DNA of 64,000 bases from Octopus sinensis (taxonomy: Eukaryota), in contig NC_043020.1 in NCBI RefSeq assembly GCF_006345805.1, positions 434,001 to 498,000 on the forward strand, in the 5' to 3' direction. Both the position numbers and the translations under genes were made by a program. This document shows, piece after piece, positions 1 through 11,830 of the stretch. The notes below the pieces were generated by a model, which was given only the letters and a program-made list of their open reading frames with translations, was not told where the DNA came from and made no database searches. Position 1 is the stretch's first letter, and every line of letters begins with the position of its first letter.

Positions 1-474
1 TACCCTGCAATGTCATTCTAAACATAAACAGTCACATCATCAAAATCTCAAAGCTACAAGATCATGCATGATTAATTCCAAACAATGAGAATAAATAAGC
101 ATTTTATTTGAACTGACCTTCATACTCCTCTGATTTAATGATTGATAAGGAGACTGACATGCTGCCTCCGCACTACCAAGGCCACTAGGGACCGAGATAT
201 CTGGTGCCTTGCTGTATTCAAGAAGACCCATCTGCCACAACAGAATTGGTGCTGGTGCCACATAAAAAGCACCCAATATTCTCTATGGAATGGTTGGTTT
301 TAAAAAGGGCATCCAGCCATAAAAACCAAACCAGAACAGACAATGGAGCCTGGAGTGGGGCCCTTCTCCCCCTGGCTTTACCAGCTCTGGTCAAACTGTC
401 CAACCCATGCCAGCATGGAAAATGAACATTGATAATGATGATATGGCAGAGTAATCTGAACACTAAAGGGTTAA
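1..474. mobile_element. piggyBac-type MITE-1 (cut by window start), interrupted by a family-B-related retroposon at about 112-445
   Basis: Ends in CTAAAGGG|TTAA (463-474). Bases 1-110 and 446-474 are collinear with the intact copy at 12585-12814. Confidence 0.75.
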
Positions 475-736
475 AAAAAAACCCAGAGAGATATATTGGG
501 TGGTATAGTTCTAGAAGCATCATGTTTGGAAGAAAGAAAAAAAAAGGGTTAGATGGTTACAGCTGGAATACCTTTGATCATAGGATATGATCAATGCTGA
601 TCTATGTCCAAACAATAACATCACCATTTTGACACTCAATACTCTTGCTATTTTTTGAAATTTTAGTATTTCTATCAACTACACAGTTTGTGTGTGATAT
701 GTTCAACAATTTGATTTGAAATATATTCAACATTCT

Positions 737-972
737 GTTGTGTCTGGGGAGAGTCATTCTCTTTTAGTGCCTTATTATTTAACACACTCACCAGTAAAAT
801 TTCCTCTTATTTCTTATTTTTATTTTCTAAAATTTTTGTTGCGTCTTGCAACCGTTTCAATAGTCTTGACTCTTAAGGCACTAAAAGAGAATGACTCTCC
901 CCAGACACACCAGAATATGCTTCAACACACAAACTCATATAAAGAATCTTGCAAACCAAATCCAAAAACGAA
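737..972. mobile_element. Retroelement terminus inserted with an internal inversion (Penelope-like, inferred)
   Basis: 14-bp direct repeat ATATTCAACATTCT at 723-736 and 973-986. The segments 737-870 and 871-972 match opposite orientations of the copy at 26335-26530. Confidence 0.6.
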
Positions 973-1023
973 ATATTCAACATTCTTTTGTTTTTTGTCC
1001 TTTGCCATGTAGGAAAGGAATGG

Positions 1024-1270
1024 TAGCATATATAACCCTTTATTTTCTTCAGGGCCTCCAGAATGGGGGAGAAGAAGTCATTCTCAAATCAGAGCCCTAA
1101 CCCATGTGAACATAATCTCTGTTAAAACCACCTAAAAAGTAATGGTGTAGCATATATAACCCTTTATTTTCTTCAAGGCCTCCAGAATGGTTGAGAAGAA
1201 GTCATTCTCAAATCAGAGCCCTAACCCATGTGAACATAATCTCTGTTAAAACCACCTAAAAAGTAATGGT
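1024..1270. repeat. Tandem duplication, 2 x about 124 bp
   Basis: TAGCATATATAACCC...CCTAAAAAGTAATGGT occurs twice head to tail with few differences. Confidence 0.9.
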
Positions 1271-1949
1271 TGTTGATGTTAAACTAGGGACAGATTATTT
1301 CTGCCATTCTATCTGTTGTTCATTTTTATGCTTTTGTGTTAATCATCAAGAGATTTTATTTGATTTTCAATTTATTTGAGTTTTATTTGGTTTTCAAGAA
1401 TCAAAATAAAGTACATAAGGAGAGTTTTGTAATATGGACATGTACAAACTGAATGAGAGTGTCACTGCTTTCAATTTTGTTGACATCATTAGAATTTATA
1501 AACTTCAAAAGAACATAGAATAATTTTTGGGGACTATTGGAACTTGAAACCGATAACTGGCACTCTATCGGTTATGATGACAAGAATTCCAGTTGATCCA
1601 GTCAGTGGAGCAGCCTGCTCTTGAAATTAAGGTGCATGTGGCTGAGCACTCCAGTAGTATTAAGTATTTCTCAGCATTGAGATATGCTTCTCCACTGTTG
1701 TTGGTAATAGTTAGATCAGTAGAACCATTGAGACAAGGAGACAGAAAGAGTCAAGTGTCTTAGAACATGCAATTATTAAAATCAGATGTGGCTGTGTGGT
1801 TATGAAGTTTGCTTCCCAAACATGATCTTCAGGTTCAGTTTCACTCTGTAGCACCTTGGGAAACTGCCTTTATAGCCCCAGGCTGACCAAAGCCTTGTGA
1901 CAGTAACCAAAGAAACCTGTTCCATGCGTGTGTTTATGTTTCCTAGTTT

Positions 1950-2135
1950 CAACATTGCATGATTGTTGAAAATGAGTCCCATTCATTTCCAGTATTCCAC
2001 AAAAATATGTCTGGCCATGGGAGAAATGTTACCTTTCCTGGAAAAAGGTGGGGGTTGGCTACAGGAAGAGCATCCAACCATAGAAAATATAACCCATGCA
2101 AGCTTGGAAAAGTGGACACTAAAATGACAATGGTG
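1950..2135 (+). mobile_element. Family G non-autonomous retroposon (RTE-type 3' end, inferred); other copies about 16525-16745 (-), 47895-48135 (+), 48880-49103 (+)
   Basis: Shared motif CTGGCCATG(G/A)GGAAAT(A/G)TTACCTT...GGAA(G/A)GCATCCA...GCA(A/T)GC(A/T)TGGAAAAGTGGA across the copies. Confidence 0.65.
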
Positions 2136-2270
2136 ATTACAAAAACTGTATATTTGAAGTAGCTTATGTACAGCATGATTGCTTTCTCTTTCAAGCTGTT
2201 TCTCAAAGAATTGAAAAAATTATATCAGAATAAAATTCATCTGCATTCAAAATATATGTCTTGGGAGATA

Positions 2271-2663
2271 AAACTCTACTTGTGAAGACCTGTTGAGGCA
2301 AGTGAAAATCAAAATTGAAATCGTAATCTATCAACATCAATGGAAATTGTAGCTGCGATACCAGTGCTGGTGGCACGTAAGAGAACCATCCGAACATGGT
2401 TGTTGCCAGCGCCGCCCCGACTGGCCTCCGTGCCACCGGCACGTAAAAAGCACCATCTGATCGTGGCCATTTGCCAGCCTTGTCTGGTACGTAAAAAGCA
2501 CCCACTACACTCACGGAGTGGTTGGCGTTAGGAAGAGCATCCAGCCGTAGAAACATTGCCAGATCAGACTGGAGCCTGGTGCAGCCTTCTGGCTTCCCAG
2601 GCCCCAGTTGAACCGTCCAACCCATGCTAGCATGGAAAGCGGATGCTAAACAATGATAATGAT
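2271..2663 (+). mobile_element. Family B non-autonomous retroposon with (GAT)n tail
   Basis: Internal GTGGCACGTAAAAAGCACC modules, GTTGGCGTTAGGAAGAGCATCCAG and CCAACCCATGCTAGCATGGAAAGCGG followed by a GAT tail; multiple copies in the window. Confidence 0.8.
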
Positions 2664-2809
2664 GGGATATGTGTTACATGTAGGAAATGTCACTCTTGGA
2701 TTTCTTATTGTATCACCTAAGCAATGAAGTGTAAGAGGTATTTTTTCTAGAATGTCTTTAGACTTTAATTCTTCTCGCTCTGTAACTTGCATCTTAACCA
2801 TTTTGTTCT

Positions 2810-3185
2810 CTTAATTGTTCCAGTCATTTGACTGTGAGCATGCCAGGACACCACTGCTAAAGGCTTAGTTAAATAGTACTTATTTTTGAAGCTTGGTACT
2901 TGCTCTACTAATCTATTTTGCTGAACCAATAAATTATGGGGATGTGAACAAACCAACACCAGTTATCAGGTGGAAGAGGGAACAAACACAAATGCACACA
3001 TGCAAACACATACATTAATACATATATCCAGCAGGCTTCTACACAGTTTCCATCTACAGAATTCACTCACAAGCCATTGGTTGGCCTAGGGCTATAGTAG
3101 ATGACACGTTGCCCATGGTGTCACATGGTGGGACTGAACTCAAAACAATGAGGTTCTGAAGCGAACTTTTTAACCACACAACCAT
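2810..3185 (-). mobile_element. SINE family A, diverged copy
   Basis: Reverse complement aligns by eye to 6416-6806. Confidence 0.65.
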
Positions 3186-3195
3186 GTTTTTTTTT

Positions 3196-3335
3196 AAAGG
3201 GAAAGTTTACGAAAAAAGCAAATGACGAAGACAGGTGGTGTATAAACAAACAGATGTATTAGTATAACGCTCAGGAATAGAAAAAGTCTTTTACGTTTCG
3301 AGCCTACGCTCTTCTACAGAAAGTGACACAGAAAA
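3196..3335 (-). mobile_element. Penelope-like 3' terminal fragment (inferred)
   Basis: The - strand reads GAAGAGCGTAGGCTCGAAACGT...TTCCTGAGCGT. TTCCTGAGCGT plus a following AATAC recurs at 55926 next to (TA)n. Confidence 0.4.
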
Positions 3336-3612
3336 AACAAGGAACGAAAAAAAAGTGTGTAGTGGCTAACGATCTGTTTCTCCTTCTTCGTGTCAGTCTG
3401 TCTCTTTTTCTCCCTTTCTTTTTGCCTCCTTGACAAGGATCTGCTTCTAGTACGACAACTAAAGGTGACATTTGTTGCTAAGAGCAAACCTGCTTTCTTT
3501 ATTTGCATTTCCCAGTCTGGAGACAATCCTTTACAGCCCACTTTCTGTAGTCTAGTTAGTCTAAAGAAAACTAGGTGTGTAGAAATGGCTTGTATACATC
3601 AACGGAAGTCAG

Positions 3613-3643
<31 letters not shown>

Positions 3644-5130
3644 GTGTTATAAATAAAATACATGCATACATACAAACATATATGTACGTTCCGACATCTA
3701 CATGTATATATACATGCATATATAAATATATATACGTACAGGACGCCACAAGAAGACGTAAAATATGAATGCTGCAAACAAAATCAGGTTCGGCAGAGAA
3801 TTGAGAAAAGAATATAGTCGAATTTAGTTAAGAAAAATAGTACGACATAAATGTGCAGGGGTGACTACTGTTTGATAATAACATTATATCATGAAGACCC
3901 AGTTCTCACAGAATGCAACAATGAGCTGCAAGAAATATAATTGTAAACCTAGAAGAATGAGGTTTCAGAATAAAAATCCCGGCACCATCTGGGAAGTGGT
4001 TTAATTCACCATGTAGTAGGAAGTCGATATTGTATATTCGCTGTACACAATGGGTATTGCGAGATACTATCAAGACTCCCAGTGTATACAACGTCGACCT
4101 TATTCAGTTGCATAACAAAGAGTTGAACACACAAAGCCCTTGCCATTCTACTTGCCGAACAAAGATGGATTTTCTGTAGTGAACCTAAACAAATGAACCG
4201 ATACAACATTGTATTTCGTTACGTCTGCCACGTGTTCACTTCAGCATAAACATAGCCATGCCATGTGGTTTTGTTTGTAAGCACATGCTTGTCGTGTTCA
4301 GTTTCACTGTGTGCTACATTGAGCAGGTGTCTTCTGTTTATAGTTTTGGGCTCATTAACGCCTCGTTAGTAAAAATTAGTTGATGAAAACTGCACAAGAG
4401 CACGTCTCTTCCCCTCTCTCTCTCCCTCTTTTTCTCCCCCCCACCGTCTCTCTGTCTCACACACATTTGTGTGCATACACATCTCTTTTAAGTAATGAAT
4501 GTAAGGAGTAAGAAAACTGAAAAAAAAAAACAAAAAAAAACTCAGTATTCTTCAAATGAAGTAATTTGTGATGGTTGTTCTGCACTGAGTGATGGACACT
4601 TCCTTCTCATTTTCACCACTATCAAAAATGCATCAGTAAACCATTGATTAACCTATTGGAGACCTATAACCATTGAACGTCACTATTCATTGATTCCAAT
4701 AGAAAATAAATAGCAATTTCATATTTAAGGCATTTGTTGATATATATACAAGATAGCCAACTGCACCGTTATGGACATGTGGTATGAGTGGACGATTTGT
4801 CCTACGTAAAAAGACATCCTGTGGTTTTCATGAAAAGTAACTCTAGAGAAATGAACTGGAGAAAAGAAAACATACAAGAAAGTGACAAACCACTTCCTTT
4901 TAGGTGCAGTCCCACTGTATGACAGCTTGAGCAAGTGTAACCAGGGCTGACCAATGTCTTGGGAGTGAATTGGATAGGTGGAAACTATGTAGAAACCTGT
5001 TGTGTGTGTGGTGTGTGTCTGTGTGTCTTTGTGTTTGTCTCCTCCCTTTGCTTGACAGCAAGTGTTGGTTTTTTTCATGTCTTCATAACTTCGCAGTTCA
5101 GCAAAGGAACTGCTAGAATAAATAGATTTA

Positions 5131-5526
5131 TCATCATCATGATCATCATGATCATCATTTAACGTCCGCTTTCCATGCTAGCATGGGTTAGACGGTTTAA
5201 ACCGGGGTCTGGGAAGCCAGGAAGCTGCACCAGGCTCCAGTCTGATCTGGCAGTGTTTCTACTGCTGGATGCCCTTCCTAACACCAACCACTCCGAGAGT
5301 GTAGTGGGTGCTTTTTACGTGCCAAGCGAGGCTGGCAATGGCCACAATCGGTTGGTGCTTTTTACGTGCCACGGGCACGGAGGCCGGGCGAGGCAGCAAT
5401 GGCAACGGCCACGTTCGGATAGTTCTTTTACGTGCCACCAGCACTGGTATCACAACTACAATATCCATTGATTTTTGATCGATTTCAATTTCACTTGCCT
5501 CAACAGGTCTTCGCAAGCAGAGTTTT
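5131..5526 (-). mobile_element. Family B retroposon
   Basis: (CAT)n tail, then AACGTCCGCTTTCCATGCTAGCATGGG; ends in the reverse complement of AAACTCTGCTTGCGAAGACCTGTTGAGG. Confidence 0.8.
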
Positions 5527-6037
5527 GTGTCCAAAGAAGGAAAGGTATGCATAAGTGGACTGGCTAAAAGAAAAAAAAAAATGTACTGTGGTTGATTTCT
5601 TTGGCTAAACCCTTCAAGGTAATGTCCTGTTTGGCTGCCGTCCAGTGACTGAAACAAGTATTAGGTAAAAGATAAATACATGCAAGTGGTCCTGGTCTGT
5701 CATGTCAAGAAATTGCATTTACTGAAAGAAGTACCAGAAAGAATGATGTGACATTGCTGTTTTAATTTTTTCCCTCCACCTCACTCTTGCCCGACTTCTC
5801 TCCCTCTTTTCATTTCCCTTTCCTTCTTCTCTCACCAAATATCTCGCTATTTCTCTTCCACTACTTCTTGTCTATGTACACACTTTCATGTTGTTTTGCA
5901 TTCCTGATCTAGTTGCTGCCAGCCACTCTGGTATAAAAGCTATAAAACCACCACCACTCCCATGATCTCAATGCTGATGAAAGGCTCTGTCTGGAACACT
6001 GGAACCGCCATTCCCTTTGGCAATATTACTTTATTGT

Positions 6038-6412
6038 AAGGTGGCAAGCTGGCAGAAATGTTAGTGTGCAGTGCGAAATTGCTTAAAGACATTTCGTAGC
6101 CTTTCATCCTTTTGGGGTCAATAAAATAAATACCTGTTGAACACTGGGGTTGAGCTAATCAAATGACCACCTCCCCTGAAAATCACTGGCCTTGTACTAA
6201 AATTTGAGACCATTATTACTTTAAGGTGGCAAGCTGGCAGAAATGTTAGTGTGCAGTGCGAAATGCTTATTAAAGACATTTCGTAGCCTTTCATCCTTTT
6301 GGGGTCAATAAAATAAATACCTGTTGAACACTGGGGTTGAGCTAATCAAATGACCACCCCCCCTGAAAATCACTGGCCTTGTACTAAAATTTGAGACCAT
6401 TATTACTTTAAG
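6038..6412 (+). repeat. Tandem duplication (2 x about 187 bp) of an internally deleted SINE-C variant
   Basis: TAAGGTGGCAAGCTGGCAG...GAGACCATTATTACTT occurs twice; a third head starts at about 6811. Confidence 0.85.
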
Positions 6413-6415
6413 GCG

Positions 6416-6806
6416 CAGGAGTGGCTGTGTGGTAAGTAGCTTGCTAACCAAACACATGGTTCCGGGTTCAATCCCACTGCGTGGCATCTTGGGCAAGTGT
6501 CTTCTGCTATAGCCCAGGGCCGACCAATGCCTTTTGAGTGGATTTGGTAGACGGAAACTGAAAGAAGCCTGTCGTATATATGTATATATATGTTTATATG
6601 TATGTGTGTCTGTGTTTGTCCCCCTAGCATTGCTTGACAACCGATGCTGGTGTGTTTACGTCCCTGTCACCTAGCGGTCTGGCAAAAGAGACCGATAGAA
6701 TAAGTACTGGGCTTACAAAGAATAAGTCCCGGGGTCGATTTGCTCGACTAAAGGCAGTGCTCCAGCATGGCCGCAGTCAAATGACTGAAACAAGTAAAAG
6801 AGAGAG
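6416..6806 (+). mobile_element. SINE family A (tRNA-derived head, central microsatellite, AAAAGAG tail)
   Basis: A-box-like TGGCTGTGTGG and B-box-like GGTTCAATCCC; central (TA)/(TG) tract; 3' CCAGCATGGCCGCAGTCAAATGACTGAAACAAGTAAAAGAG. More than 15 copies in the window. Confidence 0.85.
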
Positions 6807-6981
6807 AGGGTAAGGTGGCAAGCTGGCAGAGATGGTAGCGTGCAGTGCAAAATGCTTATCAACATACAGGTCTTTGGTTTATCATAGAAGTATATCCTCA
6901 TTGTATCTTTTCTATGAAGAATTTTCTGGTCTGCTCTCTGTCAACACCTTTAAACATGTCACATCTATTCCCAGATGTGTA

Positions 6982-7351
6982 GGCGCAATGGCCCAGTGGT
7001 TAGGGCAGCGGACTCGCGGTCGTAGGATCACAGTTTCGATTCCCAGACCGGGCGTTGTGAGTGTTTATTGAGCGAAAACACCTAAAGCTCCATGAGGCTC
7101 CGGCAGGGGATGGTGGTGATCCCTGCTGTACTCTTTCACCACAACTTTCTCTCACTCTTACTTCCTGTTTCTGTTGTACCTGTATTTCAAAGGGCCGGCC
7201 TTGTCACTCTCTGTGTCACGCTGAATATCCCCGAGAACTACGTTAAGGGTATACACGTGTCTGTGGAGTGCTCAGCCACTTACATGTTAATTTCACGAGC
7301 AGGCTGTTCCATTGATCGGATCAACCGGAACCCTCGTCGTCGTAACCGACG
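6982..7351 (+). mobile_element. SINE family D (tRNA-derived head), tail type 1
   Basis: A box TGGCCCAGTGG and B box GTTTCGATTCC; the first about 190 bp are shared with 28024-28334, 58067 and 58875. Confidence 0.8.
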
Positions 7352-7482
7352 TAACATTCCTCTGTTGAGCTTTCTGTTGGTCATAAGTCTTTATAATCTA
7401 ATAGCTTCTTCCCTTGGACTAATGCTTCTTTGGAATTCACTACAATCGTCTTGTTTTCCTCTGGACTATGAAATTCGGTCCT

Positions 7483-7871
7483 TTAAGCCTTTAGTGTTCA
7501 GATTATTGTGTCAAATGTTTGTTTATTTAAAATGGTTTGAATTAATCATGCATTATCTAGTTAGTTAGTTAATTTTTTGGCTCAAAAGCAAAAAGCAAGG
7601 CCATGTAGGGGGACATGGAGTTAAGTACCGGGTGGTGTTCATGTAAAGAGTTCAGGCCACTTGAGGTCAAGGGAGACTTTGAACAAAGTGGTCGTCGGCA
7701 TCTTCACCATCTCGTCTGGCAGCTTGTACTTTAGAGATTTCAGTGATGTGATTTTTTAGTTTTAGAACGACATGGTAGGGCTGAGGTGAGAGGCGAGATC
7801 TGGTCAGTTTCAATATAAAACAGGTTAAATATTCTGGCCGGATAGGGCTGGTTTGAATGCTAAAGGGTTAA
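7483..7871. mobile_element. piggyBac-type MITE-1 containing a CR1-type insertion
   Basis: TTAA|GCCTTTAGTGTTCAG ... CTAAAGGG|TTAA. Confidence 0.8.
7559..7729 (-). mobile_element. CR1/L2-type LINE 3' end (ORF2 C-terminus, 3'UTR, (TAAC)n tail)
   Basis: The - strand translates YKLPDEMVKMPTTTLFKVSLDLKWPELFT*, resembling the CR1 C-terminal WNxLP..V......FK..LD motif; short tandem-repeat tail. Confidence 0.7.
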
Positions 7872-8018
7872 GCTTTCTGTCAATCAACATTTCAATAGGC
7901 CTCTTCTTTTTTTTTTTTTTTTTTTATCGTTCTTTATGTTATAGTGGACTCGGACCTTGTCTGGGACAAAATCATTTTAAAAACAAAATGATGACAACAA
8001 CGGTTACACTGCATTCTG

Positions 8019-8255
8019 CATTAAGGCGGCAAGCTGGCAGAAACGTTAGCACGCCGGGTGAAATGCTTAGCGGTATTTCGTCTGCGTTACGTTGTCAGTT
8101 CAAATTCCACCGAGGTCGACTTTGCCTTTCATCCTTTCGGAGTCGATAAATTAAGTACCAGTTAGGCACTGAGGTCGATGTAATCGACTTAATACCTATG
8201 TCTGTCCTTGTTTGTCCCCTCTGTGTTTTAGCCCCTTGTGGGTAATAAAGAAATA
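8019..8255 (+). mobile_element. SINE family C (tRNA head, Meta/MESC-like central domain)
   Basis: 17-bp TSD GGTTACACTGCATTCTG (8002-8018, 8256-8272); B box GTTCAAATTCC in other copies (diverged here); core GTCGACTTTGCCTTTCATCCTTTCGGAGTCGATAAATTAAGTACCAG. Confidence 0.85.
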
Positions 8256-9359
8256 GGTTACACTGCATTCTGGTAAAGCAACACTTGATGCTAAAACTCA
8301 GAGAGACTACAATGAGCCTTTATTTTTAATAATGAAAACTATTTCCTCGCTGAAAACTTTCTGGTGCTTGGCAATCATTCGAGAATTTATAAAAAAATAT
8401 TAAATTTTATTGAAGAAACTTTGCTGCCAGTTGTTGCTCTCTCTCTCTCTCTCTTCCTTTCCGTCTCCAATATTTTCCTTCTCCAAACAGCTTAGATTTT
8501 TCTATAGAATTTCATATTGGCCAATCCTTCCAACTCTGAACCACAATCTCTCATATGAAGTTCAAACTAATTTGCATGCTTCATTGGATAAATATTCGAT
8601 TTGTCTATCATTTTGCTTTACGTTCTTTACATTTGTTTGCATGTGTTCCTGTGTTTGTGTATGCACGCATGCATGTGTGTATGTGTGTGTGTGTGTGCGT
8701 TCCTATGCATGTATGTATGTGTGTATGTGTTCCTATGCATGTGTGTGTGCTTACATTTAACTTTGAGCTAATGATAAATAGAAATGTTCAATTAAAATGT
8801 AAATTAACGTCAGTGTGTTCTGGGAGAAAGAGAAAAATGGTAACTTTTATTTTATTATATTTTTTTTATTTATATTTTCATTTCATTTTCAATTCAACAT
8901 ATTTTTTATTTTTTATTTTTTTTTTTAAATATTTTTAAAATAATTTTTGTCTTTGTTCAAATTTCTCTCATTGATTGTTGACTAAGCAACCATTTTCCAT
9001 TTTGTGTAAAATGTTTGCTAAAAATTAAAGTACAGACACATTCATTCACACCCAGTATCGCAACAGCCTCCACAACAAATTCAAAAATTTCTGCGATGGG
9101 TGGGTGGGGTGAGGTGGGGTGTGTATATATTTTTGTCTTTTTTTTTGTTTTTCTCTTTCTCCTGGTACTGATGAGGGATGGACAAAAGAAGTTTATATAT
9201 TTATTATTTCTGTCAAAACATTCCATCTGGTTTCCATAAATATTACAAATTTCATACACACACACACACACACATGCACACATGTACGCACACACATTAT
9301 ACAACGTTATTATTAGAAATTTCATTTATACATAGATGTACACACACACACACAATATC

Positions 9360-9417
9360 ATGCATGTATGTGTGTGTATATATATAATATATATATATAT
9401 ATTATATAGATTATATG

Positions 9418-9482
<65 letters not shown>

Positions 9483-9575
9483 TATATGTATATATTCTAT
9501 GCATGTTTCTCTAGGTGTGTGTGTGTGTGTATATATATAATATATATATATATATTTCTATGCATGTTTCTCTAG

Positions 9576-9639
<64 letters not shown>

Positions 9640-9740
9640 GTATATATTTCTATGCATGTTTCTCTAGTGTGTGTGTGTGTGTATATATATGTATGTATAT
9701 ATTTCTTTGCATGTCTCTTTGTGGTGTGTGTATGTGTGTT
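9360..9740. repeat. Compound (TG)n/(TA)n microsatellite with a thrice-repeated anchor
   Basis: TCTATGCATGTTTCTCTAG occurs three times between the TG/TA tracts. Confidence 0.9.
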
Positions 9741-10309
9741 GTACGATAAAAAGAGAAATTATAAAATGCAAAAAAGGAAAAATAAAACGAACTTCAATAG
9801 ATTCCTACATCATTGCTAGCTCTGTTTCTGCTCTATTAACCTCCACTGTCGCAATTCTCCGATTCTCGTTGTTTTATAGCTAAATATATTGATCTTTCCA
9901 TCTCTTTCACTGTTTCTAGCACCTGTCTCTAATGAAAATAAAGTAAAACACACACACATGCACACACACATTAGAAATAACATTTACACTTTCAATATTT
10001 CATCAACTTCTCTTATTCAAAGCCATTGGAGCAGATTGAAGTTCTGAAATCTGTCTAAAAAGCTGAAATCGTTTTTTTTCTTCTAGGGTGGATATTCTAA
10101 TGCATTACTACAGCAGAACATAATAGCTGATCATATACCAATTGTTCCCAGTGAACCATTTTGTTGTTGGACATTATATCAAAAGCATCTGTTTTGTTTT
10201 TGTTTTGTTTTATTTTCTATTTCTATAACATTTTTCGAAATTTATATTTATTACACACAATCTAATTATTCAGTAATTACATAGATGGAGGAAAGTGGAT
10301 GATAAAAAT

Positions 10310-10676
10310 AAGAACGTGTGTGTATATGTGTATGTGTGTGTATATACATACATGCACATTCGTGACATACACATACATATATATGTATGTATGAATGTGT
10401 ATGTATGTGTGTATGAATGTGTATGTATATGTGTGTATATCTATGTATATACATGCATATATGTGTATGTATATATGTATATAGGTGCATATGTATATAT
10501 ATATGTATGTGTATATATATATGTGTGTTGTGTGCATTTATATGTGTACATATATGTATGTGTGTATATATGTATATATATATATATATATGTACGTGTA
10601 TATATATGTATATATGTGTATGTATATATATTTATATATATACATATATGCGTTTATATATGTATGTGTGTATGCA

Positions 10677-10729
<53 letters not shown>

Positions 10730-11654
10730 GTATATATATATATATTGATATATGTATGTGTATATACATGTATTTGTTTATACATGTATGTGTATAGATA
10801 TGCATGTATATATATGTGTGTATATGTATGTGTATATATATTTATATGTATGTGTATATATATATATATTTATATTTATATGTGTACATATATTTATATG
10901 TATGTGTGTATACATATATTTATTTATTTATATATATATATGTATGCATATATTTATATGTATATGTGTGTACATATATGTATATATATATGTATGTATA
11001 TGTATGTATATATATATATGTATATCTATATATGTATATATATATATGTATATGTATGTATGTGTGTATATATGTGTATATATATATATATGTATGTGTT
11101 TATATATTGTGTATGTATATGTATGTGTGTATATATATATACATGCATATATGTGGAGATATATATATATATATATATGTATGTGTATATAATGTATGTG
11201 TATATATGTGTGTATATGTGTATATATATTTATATGTATGTGTATATATATTTATATATATATTTATATATATGTGTATACATATATTTATATGTATATG
11301 TGTATATATATATGTGTGTATATATGTGTATATATATCTATGTGTGTATATATATATGTGTATATTTGAAAATATATTAAACTGTACCAAGAACCTTTTT
11401 TTATTTTTCAACTATATACGCATGTATATATATAAATATATATATGTGTGTGTGGATATATATATGTATATATATATATGTGTGTGTGGGATGTATGTAT
11501 GTATATATATATATATTATATATATATATATATATATGTATGTATATGTATGTATGTGTATATATGTATATGTATGTATGTGTATATATGTATATGTATC
11601 TATGTGTATATATGTATATGTATGTATATATATGTATATGTATGTATATGTATG

Positions 11655-11690
<36 letters not shown>

Positions 11691-11830
11691 ATATATGTAT
11701 ATACATAGAGATATATACACATATGCGCGTGCATGACTTCATCAGCAAATCCTAACTCTTGCTTATATAACGTATGAATGTGTATGTGTATATATGTGCC
11801 TGCGTGTCTGTGCAATATTATGCTATGTTG
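10310..11830. repeat. About 1.5-kb compound (TA/TG/TATG)n microsatellite
   Basis: Near-continuous alternating purine-pyrimidine sequence, with one short interruption at about 11370-11415. Confidence 0.95.

Noticed and set aside
2340-2625. Recurring ORFs such as ...LDALPNANHS... and ...YQIHSQG...DTCPRCH...
   Set aside because: The same peptides recur at every family A and B copy; they are non-coding repeat translations.
3780-4400. CpG-containing stretch that looked like a decayed transposon ORF
   Set aside because: No frame gave a motif I could identify, there are multiple stops, and no second copy occurs in the window.
5975-6010. CTGATGA motif (also 9168, 36502 and reverse at about 11740)
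   Set aside because: No stem II followed by GAAA and no stem I/III pairing, so not hammerheads.
6982-7055. tRNA-like sequences (also 28260-28334, 35800-35880, 39152-39220, 58067-58140, 58875-58945)
   Set aside because: They have A/B boxes but no complete cloverleaf, and they continue into repeat bodies, so they are SINE heads rather than tRNA genes.
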